Shown piece after piece: positions 24,740 to 36,942 of a stretch of 64,000 nucleotides of DNA. Every line of letters starts with the position of its first letter. The first letter of the stretch is position 1. A model generated the notes under the pieces. The model was not told the origin of the DNA and did no database searches. It saw nothing but the letters and a program-made list of their open reading frames with translations. Source of the stretch: Trichosphaerium sp. ATCC 40318 (taxonomy: Eukaryota > Protista > Tubulinea); the NCBI GenBank assembly GCA_038496445.1, contig JALMLS010000370.1, positions 197,361 through 261,360 on the forward strand. The letters run 5' to 3'. Position numbers and translations under genes: made by a program.

Positions 24740-25235
24740 TTAAATTAGACTACAAGAAATACAGGGGCACCCATTGAGACAACGGCCAGTTACAGAAACA
24801 TCATAGACCACGTGTGCATAAGCAACAAATACAGTTTCGGCAGTTAGTTTAACTTCATATTGTTCTTCAGTTACAAGTTCTCCATCCATCTCAAAGAAGT
24901 ATTTCTCATAATGTGTATTTGGTCGATAACTTGAAAACGGTAAAGCTGTTTGAGCTGGCGTCCTCGTTGTAAAAAAGGTAGACCAAACTTCTACAGCGTT
25001 CTTGCATTGACACTGCTCCATTGGCAAGTTCATTTGATATTTTTTTACTATCGTCTTTGGCGCGTTCTGACGCACTCTGTGACGCACTCTTCACTTCATC
25101 ATCAATCCAAGGCCCGTCCTGACATTCGTCCGTAACAATATTAATATCCATTGTAAATCGCTCCAAGCACTGTCCCTTACCATTTTCGTTTATTTCATAA
25201 ACACCAATCTTCTTAACAGGTGCTCCAGGTATCAT
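24740..25235 (-). CDS. Hypothetical protein ending in a Cys cluster and CaaX-like motif (CSLI)
   Basis: Two overlapping ORFs (24906-25253 and 24740-25087) join in frame through a plausible 34-nt GT-AG intron near 24905-24938. No family recognised. Confidence 0.5.
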
Positions 25236-25429
25236 CAGTTTTAAAACCAACAATCACGTGTTTTCGCTTTTAATTCTCGTCTTCTCAGTTGCTACTAAGT
25301 TTTAATTAATACTGACGTTGCAATACAGTGAATTACCTTAAACTGACCGATAACAGGCCTTTTGTGGGTTTTTTTTTGGCGTACACAAAAAAACACGATC
25401 AACTCACGTGTGAATTAGTTAAAAGTGAA

Positions 25430-26119
25430 ATGGCAAAGCGAGGACGCCAAGAGCGCATATGGTACTTTGGTTATGGATCAAACATGAACACATCTCGTAT
25501 GGAGGATCGTGGGGTAACATACAACAGACGAACGCTTGCAAAGTACGACTAGCACATAGAACGCATTTTTACAGTTTTCTAGGTTAAACGGATACAAATT
25601 AGGTAAAAGCGCCCAAAAAGTACTCTGAGCGTCTCACACAGCATAGATTTTAATAAATACGCTGGATCTGAGGGTAAAGGCTACGCTAATATTCTAAAAA
25701 CGAACAAGAGCAGTGATGCCGTTTTTGGTGCCTTGTATGACGTTAATCAGGCTGGCTTAACACAATTGGATTACTTTGAAGGACATCCACATCACTACAA
25801 GCGGTATTTACAGTTTATCTGAATATTCGTTTTGAAATTTTAACTTTTTTCGATGCCTTCCGACTCATCTTCATAAAAGGAGAACTGTCACTGTTCAAGT
25901 TAATGGTCGTGCATGTCTTGCGATAGCTTATATTGCAACAGCTAAGATGTGTAGAAAACAAGGGACTTTGAGACCAACAAAGGAGTATTTAAACCATCTC
26001 TTGCAAGGAAAAGGTGACTTAACCAAAAAATAGTTTTGCAAAGTCAACTTACTAGATTTTTAGATATTCTTCCCGAAGCGTACTTTAAAATACTTAAAGC
26101 ATGGCCTACTTGTGATTAG
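25430..26119 (+). CDS. GGCT: Gamma-glutamylcyclotransferase family protein
   Basis: WYFGYGSNMN, GYANI, VFGALYDV, LDYFEGHPHHYKR, RPTKEYLNHLLQG. Confidence 0.88.
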
Positions 26120-27087
26120 GCCAACAAGATTTTAAAATAAAATTATAAATGTTCATTGACATGCGTTCTTACAATATTCTAGTTAACAATGACCTCTTTC
26201 AATTTTGGTTACAACTTTTTTTTATGTTTTTTGAAAAGGTCAACATGCGGTACACTCCAAGTGTTACGCTTGATAAAGAGGTTTGACTCGCATTATTTAA
26301 CCCTCCCTGGTTTTACTTTGATGGCGCAAGTATCATGCGTGAGTAGTAGTCCACGTGGCAGAGAACGACTCGTTTGAAAAAATGCGAATTTTCGGCTAGC
26401 GCTAGTTAGTATCCAGGTCGTACGAAAACCTTCGGAGAGATTGTTGTTATTACGGTGCAGTACATCGTTTTATATCCACGTGTTTTCTTTTACTTTAATC
26501 GTTTTCGGCTATAATGTTGGAGCAACATTCACCCGAAAACTCTTTTAGTTGCTATGGCTATCACGTTTTTTCGCACGTAAATACGCCAATTCTACCCTAC
26601 AAAGTGTGGAAGAAAAACCCAGCTAAATTCAGACTTTCCCGCAATGTTCGGCCATGTTTGTGATTTATCCGAAGAAACGCCAGTTTGCCATTTCCGCCTT
26701 TGAAAGCGGGAGCGATTACAACATACGTTGTTAGAACCGCTATATTTGGTAAAAAAATAAAACTGCGAGGCTACCCACGCATCCCACTACATTGTCTTTA
26801 CTTCAAACTCAGCGAGAAAATCTCTTTGGACAACACTGCGGAAGTACTAGCCTTGCACTTTACACACCTGGTGTGTGATATGACGACATTGGTTACCAAC
26901 AAACGTTAGGTGTACCCTTGTGTTAGTGGCATAGCACTGTAGAGCTGGAGTCGTTCGTTCACAATCGATCTTTGTAGATACACTGAATACTTGGCCGCAA
27001 CCTTCGGCCGATAAGCAAGCTTGTGCACTGCTTGCCTTGTCGCTCAAACCATAACCCACAATCAAACACAAAGAACAACTTCTTAAC

Positions 27088-27414
27088 ATGCAATATTTGA
27101 CACTCCTCGCACTCGCTCTACTAGCTCTCATTGCCATTAGCTTGGTACGTTTTTTTATACTTTTTTACTTAATGTGGTTATCACACTCGATATCTGACTT
27201 CTTGACGCAGGCACAAGATGATCCTGATCCAACACGTGATCCAACTCGCGATCCTATGCCTAGACCATGTGTACGCCGCTGCATCCGCAGAGGTCGTAAG
27301 TGTGTCGCAGATGGCGAAGTCGAACCTGAAGTTTGCAGGAGACGTACTCGCGCATGTATTGAAAGATGTAGAAACGGTCCTACCGATGACCCAACCGATG
27401 ACCCATCAGTTTAA
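27088..27414 (+). CDS. Small secreted six-cysteine peptide precursor
   Basis: Signal peptide MQYLTLLALALLALIAISLA and an in-frame 66-nt intron at 27145-27210. Mature part QDDPDPTRDPTRDPMPRPCVRRCIRRGRKCVADGEVEPEVCRRRTRACIERCRNGPTDDPTDDPSV. Confidence 0.85.
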   Translation: MQYLTLLALALLALIAISLVRFFILFYLMWLSHSISDFLTQAQDDPDPTRDPTRDPMPRPCVRRCIRRGRKCVADGEVEPEVCRRRTRACIERCRNGPTDDPTDDPSV

Positions 27415-28172
27415 ACGTCAGTTTAACGCTTTGTTCCAATAAACTCACCACTGCTTACGTACTCTATGTGTTAGAATTACGATCTTTTCAAAACACAAAG
27501 CAGTGAAGCGCCATTTGTTTTATCTGTTTATGCCTTTTCTATTTTTTGATTGTCTTTTCGGATTATCACCACATCCCATTATAACATACACAGCAACAAA
27601 ACTTGAAATCAAGCGGAGCTAGTCACGTGATGCATGGTTACCTCGAAGGGTTATTTGTTTGTTGGCTATAATCGGCGTTGCACTTACAACGTTTCTGAGA
27701 ATTTGTTTTGTGAGGTGCTACAGCTACTGAAAAACGTTATGTTAGCCCAATTTAAAAGTAGCAGAGTTGTGGAGATACACAGGTTTAGGGAACGTCATAG
27801 ACTTCCTGACAGTGCAGAACTTCTGCCTATTTTTCATAGTAGAAAATTCAGATAGTAGTCAGCTAGTTTTTGTGAACTGTCTCGCCAACAGCACAGATAG
27901 GGCCTACTTTGTTTTGTAACAGCAGTGCATAGTTCACGTGCTTGTGTTACTAATTAAGAAATAACAGACTTAGCGAAAGTTTGTTGCACTTCAAAGCCGT
28001 ACTTGTTTTTTGTTTATAATGCGTCACAATAGGTGTCTTTAAAAAAATGGTTTTCACTCACCGAAATGTCAGTCACGGAAATTCCGTTGTTGCTGAGTTG
28101 GCTACATTATGTTGTAATTACGTACCGTGTGATGCCTTTTTGTCAGGTTTAGATTCATGCACAGTGGGGTTT

Positions 28173-30361
28173 ATGCTACAGCAAGGGTAACGTATGATGT
28201 ACACCATTTATCGCGTCGAGGCACGGTTTTATCCACTATTTGAGCAATATAAGTCAGAAATGTGTGTAAATCCGCTAAAACCGTGCAGCACAGTCAAGAA
28301 TATACGCAGCCGGTAAATTAAAGAAGCCTCATGACGTTAGAACAGACTACGAAAAATGTCGCGTTAAATTCGATACAGCGGGCAAATCGGTATTCCCTAA
28401 CTTCCCTTGCATACTCCTTTGACTAGTTACGTAGCTAAACATCGGATCCTTCACAGACTGGTACGACGTCACATGGAAACAAGCAGCTGAGCATGGATTG
28501 GCTTCTGTGCTCGAATGGTACGCATATACAATTGATGTCCTTCTCTTGACAAGGTGCCAAACAGGTTTAATAACTCACTGAGCCTTGCACTCTCTTGTAC
28601 ATACCCAGAGTTCACTTGGAGAGGTGATAAGTTTAGGTAAGGGCTTTGACACGTGACACATTGTTTTTGTTTGTTAACTTTCAATTAAAATGATAGAATG
28701 TCACCTATCGGTTATTGGCTTGATGTAAGTAAGCAACGTGTAAAAATGGATGAGATAGCTCAACAAATATCTATAAAGACTTATGGGGATTGGTATAGTG
28801 CCAGGTGGCAATCATTGGTTGATAACGGCGGTGGTACTATTTTGAGCATGTACGATTTTGCAGTTTTAAGGCTTTTTGTTGATAAGCTCCTTTAAAGTCA
28901 CCACTGGCTGCTATACTACGCTCTTGATACAATCTAAAATATTTTAATAGGCACAACGATTCTATACCTATATTACTGAGCTCTGTATACCCAGAATACA
29001 ACTGGCTAGCTTGGAAATTTGGGTAATTTTAATTGCAACTGATTGTTTTTAAACCACTTGATACTTATACTTTTTAGTCGTGCACCTAAAAAATACTGGG
29101 CCTCTTTAGAAAATAGACGTGCATGCTTTGAAGATATGGCTTTTAATTTGAATATAAAGACAACTTGCGATTGGCATAAATTTTCATGGAAGGAGCTTTG
29201 TGACAGGTATCCTCTTGGCACTCTTACACTAAGGTAAAATAACTTGCTAATTAAAAAAATAACTATGCCACTAATTATGTGTGTCATTTGACTTGTTGTT
29301 ATAGCTATACGAATATTTATTATGCATTGAAGGCTGTATACCCAGAAAGGGAATGGGATATGATGATGTTTAGGTAATGTTTCTTGGATTCTTTTGTTTG
29401 ACCTTTTGAAAACTAGGCGTGATTTTAATGTTTATAAGCTTGCCAAAAGCTTGCATACACACAGAAGTAGACAAATGAGACTTTTTAATAAACCTACATT
29501 GTACGCAACCATGATAATGATCTGGCCTTGTGCTAACTCTAATCTGTTTATTAGAAAGAAGAAAAGAGCACATACTCTTAAACAGAACTTAACAGAAACT
29601 GTTATTAAAAACCAACGTCTTGTTTTTAACGATGTTGCAGCAAATCTATCAATCAAAACAATGGATTTATGGCCATCTGTAACTAAACTAGATTTACATG
29701 GAGCGCTGTATGTTGTCAACGAGTACGTTAAAAAAAAATTAGCTTAAAAATAGTTAAAAAGCTTTGCAACATAATACCTGGCCATCACCAACTGATATTC
29801 TCTTTTTTAGATTTTATGCTGGTTCTACTTTCACTGCTCTATCTAATATATATCCTAATTATCGATGGGACCCAGATTTATTTCCGTACGGCGGTTTTTT
29901 TGAAAACAAGAAAATTACGAGATTTTTTTTTTGTATTCTGATTTGTTTTGGTTCTTCAGGAGTGATTCAAAGAATCCAATCGGTTATTGGCAACAAGAAA
30001 GTACTGTTCAACAATTTTTAAAAAGTGTAGCTACAGTACTTGATATTACACAGCCTCATATGTGGTAAGTGTTTTCTACAGTTTCTATGATTTTGACAGT
30101 CGGCAATTAGGACCAGAGTGTCTACAACAGAATTGTCCAACCTTGGCGGATCAGGCCTTGTAAGATACTGGCCTACACTTTTACGTGATCTAGTACCACG
30201 TAACTACATAATGAATACAAAATCGTCGCATATACGAGCGAAACAAAGGTGCTGTGGTGATTTTTACTGAAATGAAAGAAAAAAAAATCTTATTTTTTTG
30301 TAGGGTACTAGTACGTTGTGCAAAGGATATGTTTCCCAAGGCGAATTTTTTGAGTTGTTAG
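28173..30361 (+). CDS. Trp-rich ~70-aa tandem-repeat protein, paralog of the gene at 1-1115 (start uncertain)
   Basis: LNIGSFTDWYDVTW..LSLALSCTYPEFTW; GYWLDVSKQRVKMDEIAQQISIKTYGDWYSA..YPEYNWLAWKF; KYWASLENRRACFEDMAFNLNIKTTCDWHKF..YPEREW; IYPNYRWDP; ends AKQRVLVRCAKDMFP. Confidence 0.7.
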
Positions 30362-30469
30362 AGTAAAACAACATGTAAAATAAAAAATAAACATTACTAG
30401 AAACACGTGATTTAGAACTTTGTCATTGTATTAATGGTTATAAGTTTACATTTGTGGTGCATCTGGTAC

Positions 30470-33232
30470 TTAATGCCAAATATTTCTTCCCGCCGTATCC
30501 CCCTCGCTTGACAACTCATCATCACTTGATAATTCAGTATCATTACCTTCTGTAGTGCTTGAGGTATTAGTACGAGGTAACGAAGAGTCTCTCTCCGAAG
30601 CTGCTTTAGCGAGTGTTTCAGTCTGTTGGTTTTTCCGGGTTTTACTTGGCGTTTTCCGTGGAGCCTTTGGAGTGGTCGTAGTCTCGTTTTTGCGAGTTTT
30701 ACTTGGGGTTTTTCGTGGAGCCTGTGCAGACATTGGTTTCTTTTTGAGATAGAGTACATAACGAGGAAGTACTTGAGAATCTAAAAAAAATCATCAAAAG
30801 TTTGCTCATAGTATTGCAACAACAAATACCTTGAGCTACTACAATCTCATCAACAACAGGCTTCGAAGGGTCATAATTTCTAAGAGGCAATCCTTTGTGG
30901 TTAACTAGGTATAACAAGAGTTAAGATCGAACATTCTCGATTTATTCTTAGTTTTTCGTACCTAAGACATAGTTTGATTGATAACCTGCCTTTATTGGTT
31001 GACCGTGAAGTGAAGGGAGGTTAGATTGGTTGCCCGAAGTCTTGCTACTTCGCCTAGCGGGTAATTCTTCTTTGAGTTTTTTAACACTCTGTTCAATGTT
31101 GTCAATATGCTCCTTTGCAGATTCTGTAAGTCTCTTCTCACGAAGGTCCTCAGTGCATTTCTGTATCTTATCAAGAGGCCCTTCTCGTGCACCGAAAGGA
31201 TTTTCAATAACTGGGTATACATTACCAAGAGCGACGTAGCATAGCAACACTATTTTAGGGTCTTCTTTGGAATACATAGCGGAGTACTGAACATTCGAAG
31301 TAAAACTAGGACACAAACATTAACAAATTATTTTGCTAAATAATATCACGCACTATATGCCATGCCCATACCAACCAGCATCTACATGTTATGAGTACGT
31401 TAACCCTTTTGATCATTAGGTCGTACCTCTGTTCACAACTGTTCCAAAGCCTCCAGAGCATATGGGAGCTATTCCTGCTTCACATGTTCCATGTAATGCT
31501 GGGACAACCCAAACAGGGGAATCGTAAAAAGGCTGTCTAGCACTGAAGGTATCCACATATTTGTTCATACAATCATAAACAACACTGCGCTCTTTTGATG
31601 CCATTGATTCCCTCCAATCTGTCTTTTTAAAGAATTGAGGCGCTGACCTTTAAAAACAAACACGTGAGCTTAACTTGGAATCTGTGGCTTCCACTAAAGC
31701 GCTACTAGTGAGTTGTTTTAACGTACTCATGACGGCCTTCAAGTGTCTTTATATAGTTTGTAAAATTAGCAGCCAATACTGGATTATCAATAACAGATAT
31801 TTTCTCAATGCTGTACTTTTCATTTGCTCCAAACTTGTAAAAAAGTCGGTTCACTCTAAAAGAAGTATTTCAACTGACGCCTTGTGTATTAATGTAAACA
31901 AACCTAGTAACCTCCATAGCACTTATTGGTGTATCTCTAATTATAAAGTTAACAAGCTGAATACTATAAAACTCAGCTCCTCTACCTGTTGTGATAGCTC
32001 CATGTAATACTTCGCAGTCTATAATCTGTTGACCTTGGTAAAATACCAGAGTAAAATCGTTCCCTTTTTGGATGACGTCAGCTATGTAAATAGAAAGAAT
32101 TACTCCTCTAAACTTACCAGCCTGCTTGATACATGAGTGTTTCGTCCATTGCCCAGAACTCGTTGCGTATGGCTACAATCAAGGCTCAGAAGTTGCCGAC
32201 CAAATTCAGTAAAAAGAATCAAACCTGGCTCTTGTTCTATACGAGCTGCAAGCTTCTCATTTAGTTTCCATCTCTCTTGTGCCCATTTAGTTTGTAGAAG
32301 CCATTTGAATACATGCATGTGACCCTTATATAAAAGCTTAGTGAAAAAATGATAATAAGACTTTCACGTTAATTCTCCATTTCATAATTCAGTTTGGGTA
32401 TGTCGAACTTTCGACTTTGTGTACTTTCCTCAGTACAAAATGAAAACTTTAACGTACTTGATCTAGAGCTAGTAACAGAGTCGATGAATAAGCAGGTGCA
32501 TTAGCACGTTGTAATTCTTTTATGATACTAAGGTGACCTCAAAAATAAAATTAGCTAATGTCTAAATTTAGCTGTCTATTATTATTAAGTACCATGCTTC
32601 ACAGCAATCTTTAAAGGATACATCTGCTGTTTATTTTCTACCCTCAAACTTGCCCTGGTGCGTACCAAAATTTGTACTGAATCAAGCATTCCCAACCGAC
32701 AAGCAATTCCAATAATGGTGTCTCCTAAAAACAGATTTTAACCAATCTGTTCACACTATTATTTACTTCGCTAGCATACCTGTTTTCTTGGTTTGGATAT
32801 TCAAATCTATTGATGGTATCTCAACAAACATGCACAGAATACGAGGCATTAACAGATAACGCATAAGGTCTTTTGTGCACAAAAAGTCCAGAAAGTCGCT
32901 TCTAAAATACAAGCCAAGTCACTCTCACGATCATTACGGTAATGGACGTACGACCAGTATATCTTGAATAACATCTACAATCAATTTCCCCAGCGTACGA
33001 TCCTTAACTGTGATGGGTGTCTTAGTTCCTAAATTTAAACCGAATATTAACTGCTTCAGAAGCTCTGTGTCTTGTCGGTTTATACATTTAAGTACGAGCT
33101 CATCCTAAACAGAGTAGGTTAAGAAGAAAGCGTAATTAGGCGTGTTGGTAACGACTTTACCCAATTCGCTATAATCTTTACTCGCTCTCCACTTGACACC
33201 CACTCCGCCACTATTTGTCGCACTAGCGGCAT
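30470..33232 (-). CDS. Ankyrin-repeat protein with C-terminal PARP-like ADP-ribosyltransferase domain
   Basis: Ankyrin-like GDTIIGIACRLGMLDSVQILV and YPLKIAVKHGHLSII. PARP motifs ALHGT, DAGWYGHGIYFTSNVQYSAMYS, VLLCYVALGNVYP and DEIVVAQDSQVLPRYVL, giving an H-Y-E triad. Confidence 0.82.
30634..30724 (-). repeat. Duplicated coding segment APRKTPSKTRKN (x2)
   Basis: Near-identical DNA units gttttacttggcgttttccgtggagcct and gttttacttggggtttttcgtggagcct. Confidence 0.85.
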
Positions 33233-33418
33233 GTTACTGTTAGGAAGGCCCACTTTATAGCTATCACGTTTCTAGATGAATTAATAGGTTACCACAGCAA
33301 TAAAAACGCAACTGATCGCCTCATTGATAATAGATGCAACGTTTGGTACACGTGACAAAATTTAAGTACATACTACTTAAATACTTTTATTTACTTATCA
33401 AGTTGTTTACAAATTACC

Positions 33419-34153
33419 TTATAGGAAAGGCGTATTCTTCAGTACAGAATACAGCGAAGATTCCTGAGCGTAGCATCTTTGAGAAAACCTTAGAAGCTCT
33501 TTTTTGTCATCTTCTGTTAGTCCAGATTCTTTCTTTACAGCTATATTGCGGACCATCCACCCAACTGCAACAATATCTTGTCGTATGCCATGACTCTTTC
33601 TAGCCAAATCATATCGATCATGCAGTGTTGCTTTATCGAAATTAGACAGTTTAATATCACCTTCAAACGTGACCAAGAAACTAGATTGTTTTACATCTCC
33701 ATGAGTAACGTTAGAATTATGTAGTGCCCTAAGAGCCTTAAGAGCGCTCAGAACAATGAGAGCTACAATCTCAAGCGAAAAGTAGTTCATCTGTGCAACG
33801 CTAATATTGGCTCTTGGATAAACAACACAAACGCCAAGAGATGTACGAGGTAAGATAGCCAGAACATTCATAATATATTTGCAATTCATTGCACGTTGTA
33901 TTTCAGCACCTTGATGGAATGACACTTGGAATTTACGCTTGTCTCCGAGTGATACACCCTGTTTTGTAGACTTTGCACACTTCACGGCAATTTTTGTTCT
34001 TGTTGGCCAATGCATCCCTTTAAATACCTTTCCGTTGGTTCCATAGCCCATACGAGCACTAGAAATACACGAGTACTCTTTTGAATATAATACCAAGCAC
34101 CCATTGACATGCAGTAGTATCTTAGTACAACGTAAAGCAAAAGCTGTGGCCAT
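33419..34153 (-). CDS. Intronless protein-kinase-fold protein, probable pseudokinase
   Basis: GYGTNGKV, IAVK and HGDVKQSSF are present, but DFG is replaced by NFD and the C-lobe is short with no APE motif. Confidence 0.75.
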   Translation of the reverse strand: MATAFALRCTKILLHVNGCLVLYSKEYSCISSARMGYGTNGKVFKGMHWPTRTKIAVKCAKSTKQGVSLGDKRKFQVSFHQGAEIQRAMNCKYIMNVLAILPRTSLGVCVVYPRANISVAQMNYFSLEIVALIVLSALKALRALHNSNVTHGDVKQSSFLVTFEGDIKLSNFDKATLHDRYDLARKSHGIRQDIVAVGWMVRNIAVKKESGLTEDDKKELLRFSQRCYAQESSLYSVLKNTPFL

Positions 34154-34655
34154 TGTAGTGAGTACGACTGGTTTGTAATGGAACTTGTTAAGCTCTGTAA
34201 GTATTTTTAGTAGCACTGTCGGGTAATCCTGCCGTAAGTCTGTACGTTGTTGTGCTATTGAAGCACTGGAGATTGCTAGCGCTTTGTTTAGTCCTTCCAG
34301 TCAACACTAGCGTAGTTCACTAGCAAAAGAAGTAAAAAATTGTTGGATTTTGCAAGCCTAAAACTGATGATAAACGGCAAAGTGATTTTCAGTGCACCAA
34401 CATTACACTTCGTTGCAATCGAATTGGGGTTTTTTGAGTAATACTTACATACTAGGAGTGCTTCTAATAGAGCTTTAGCTGTTGAGCAGCTCATTTAGTG
34501 AATTAGACAGATACTTAACAAGTGTAATTTCCTTCCTCCTACGATTTCATTCCGTCTTTGGGATGAGGTAATCAGCCATGAAAAAAGATCAAAAGCACAG
34601 AGTATATTTAAATCTAACTGGGACATTTATTGATTTGGTTCACACGTGCTTGCGT

Positions 34656-36195
34656 TTACATCATTAATACAGCGATTAGCGCAATTAATAGCAAACTCAC
34701 GACTTCCCTAACGCCACCGTTTGTCGATCCAGTGATACTGGAAACTTTATTTTGTTCACCAGAACTTACTGTACCAACCTTAACAGCCTCATATCTATTC
34801 AAGCAAATCAATATTGATTGGAAAAAGAACAGAAATAGAAAAAACTCAAACACGCACTTTGTTACAGTAGCCATATCCTCATCATAAGTTACAGAGAACT
34901 CATCATTTTGTCTGTCAAGAACAAGTGTAGTTTTTTCAACGGTTTGACGTTTTCTAGGACCTTGACCAGGATCCACAGTAAAGACTCCCAAGTCAAGGAT
35001 AATCTCAAGGATACATTCCAAAGTGACATCAATACATACTTCGAAATCCTCACAAAGACAAACCTTTGACTATATCACGTGTTTAGTGATGGGTTTGTTT
35101 CAAAAAAAGATTCTCTCAACTTACTGTAGAACAAACATCTGTACAGTCACAAACTTGATTAGCGCAGTCACACGCATGCTCAGCGCCTAAGTCTCCAACA
35201 CCACATCCACAAAGACCAGGTTCTGTCTTGTCTGGGTCCTCAGGACACAAATCTTCACAGTCTGGTGAGCCGTCTCCGTCAGTATCCATCTCAGAGGAAC
35301 CACAACCGCAAACGCCAGGTGTGAGTTTGTTACAGTCATTTGGACACTCGTCGCAAATGAATGAGAATCCACTAATGGCGAAAGAACTGCTTGCAGTAAC
35401 AAGAGCACGCTAAGAAGACGGGTGAGAAAAACCAACCGAAAAAAACAAAACCGTACTGTGACGTTATCTTGGTTAATGTCTACTCTTTGGAACGAGTTGT
35501 CTCCTGGATCCTGAGCGAAATTAATGATAAAAGGGGAGCGAGTTTGTTACTAGCGTACAATAGCATTGGTTGAGGATAACTTTACATCATCTGCATTAAA
35601 CGTTTGTATTTTCCAATTCTCCATATCAATATCGAGGACATCCATACTCAATAAACTAATAGGCTGTGCGAAAACAAACTCTATGGTACCACCAGCCTAA
35701 GTAAAACAATTTAACGATTCGTCCCTGTAAATAATCACGTGATGCGTACTGCTGAGTCGTCTGGAACTGCACTGCTTCCGTCTTCAGAGAGAATCAATAC
35801 ATTACCCAAAGCAGCCCTTTACAAAAAAACCCAGTTAGCACATTTTATTTTGAATTGACAAAAAGCTATCGGCTAGTAACGTACATATTCGTGTCAGCAC
35901 CACCATCACCAACACCAGGACCTCCAGATGCTTCATTAGGGGTACCCAAATCTTCATCGCCTGGGCTAGGATTGCTGCTATCAAAAAGCATCGCTGGTTG
36001 GCTAGGAGAGTCGCCAGATACCCCTGTAATAGTCACGCCAATAGGAAGGTTCTCAAATTGGTTTGTAATGATAGTTCCAGGCGCTAGTGCGTTTCCATCT
36101 GCGTCTTGTTCAAAGTCTACAGTAATTTCGTCTGTTGTAGGGCATTGAGCGATAGCTAGCGCGAGCAAAAGTGAGAATAGCACTGCATAAAACAT
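34656..36195 (-). CDS. Secreted, probably GPI-anchored surface protein with thrombospondin type-3-like Ca-binding repeats
   Basis: Signal peptide MFYAVLFSLLLALAIA. Repeats CDECPNDCNKLTPGVCGCGSSEMDTDGDGSPDCEDLCPEDPDKTEPGLCGCGVGD. Hydrophobic C-terminus VVSLLLIALIAVLMM after an S/T/G-rich spacer. Confidence 0.8.
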
Positions 36196-36942
36196 CTTCT
36201 ATATTTAAATTTAGTCTGTTGTATACAATAGATGTATAGTACGGCAAAGAACTAATTATTATGTCGTGCTTCGTCGTTAGTTGTTGTGGTTTGTCAATGG
36301 GTTTTTAACTGGGTTCTGAAAATGTGAAACAACAAGTTTGGGTTAATAGATTCGAAGGGCGCTTTGATTGGCTATCATACAACCAAACGTTTTGGAAATA
36401 AAAAAAATCACGTGGTACGCAAGCAATACTCCGCACGCTAGAAGCCAAGTTTAATTTGTTATCACTGCTTATAGACAAGAATGTTACTTACAATCTCAAT
36501 TTGACACGCGCACAAATTAATTGCTATGAAACATTCACCATTGCAAAATAAGTTGCCGCTGTATTATGGCATTTTACGGACTTGTCGTCTTATCAGTCAC
36601 TAGTAGCTTTCCAGTTGCCCCCTGCTCGCCTGCTTGTGGATCCTTTTTAAGTTGGTACGCCTACATTGACAGAATACCTCTGTAGCCTTGTATTTTCGGC
36701 TTATCATAAATGTTTACGCCCTGCAAAGCGACTTTAATAGCTTCTTTTGGACAAACGAAAGAGGTAAACAAAAAAAGGATAAAAAGTTGCACTCTTGTCT
36801 TACGCATTAGGCCTGGTTGTATGGTATTAAAATGCCTAAAGTAGCATTGTATTAAGTTGATTAGAATACCTTTGCTTTTTATCGATTTAAGCCAGGACTC
36901 ATTAAACACTGTCACTAGCACCACGCGATATTGTTATGTACA

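Noticed and set aside
29207-29214. GTATCCTC as a possible U12-type donor
   Set aside because: It is an imperfect match to GTATCCTT and no TCCTTAAC branch site follows.
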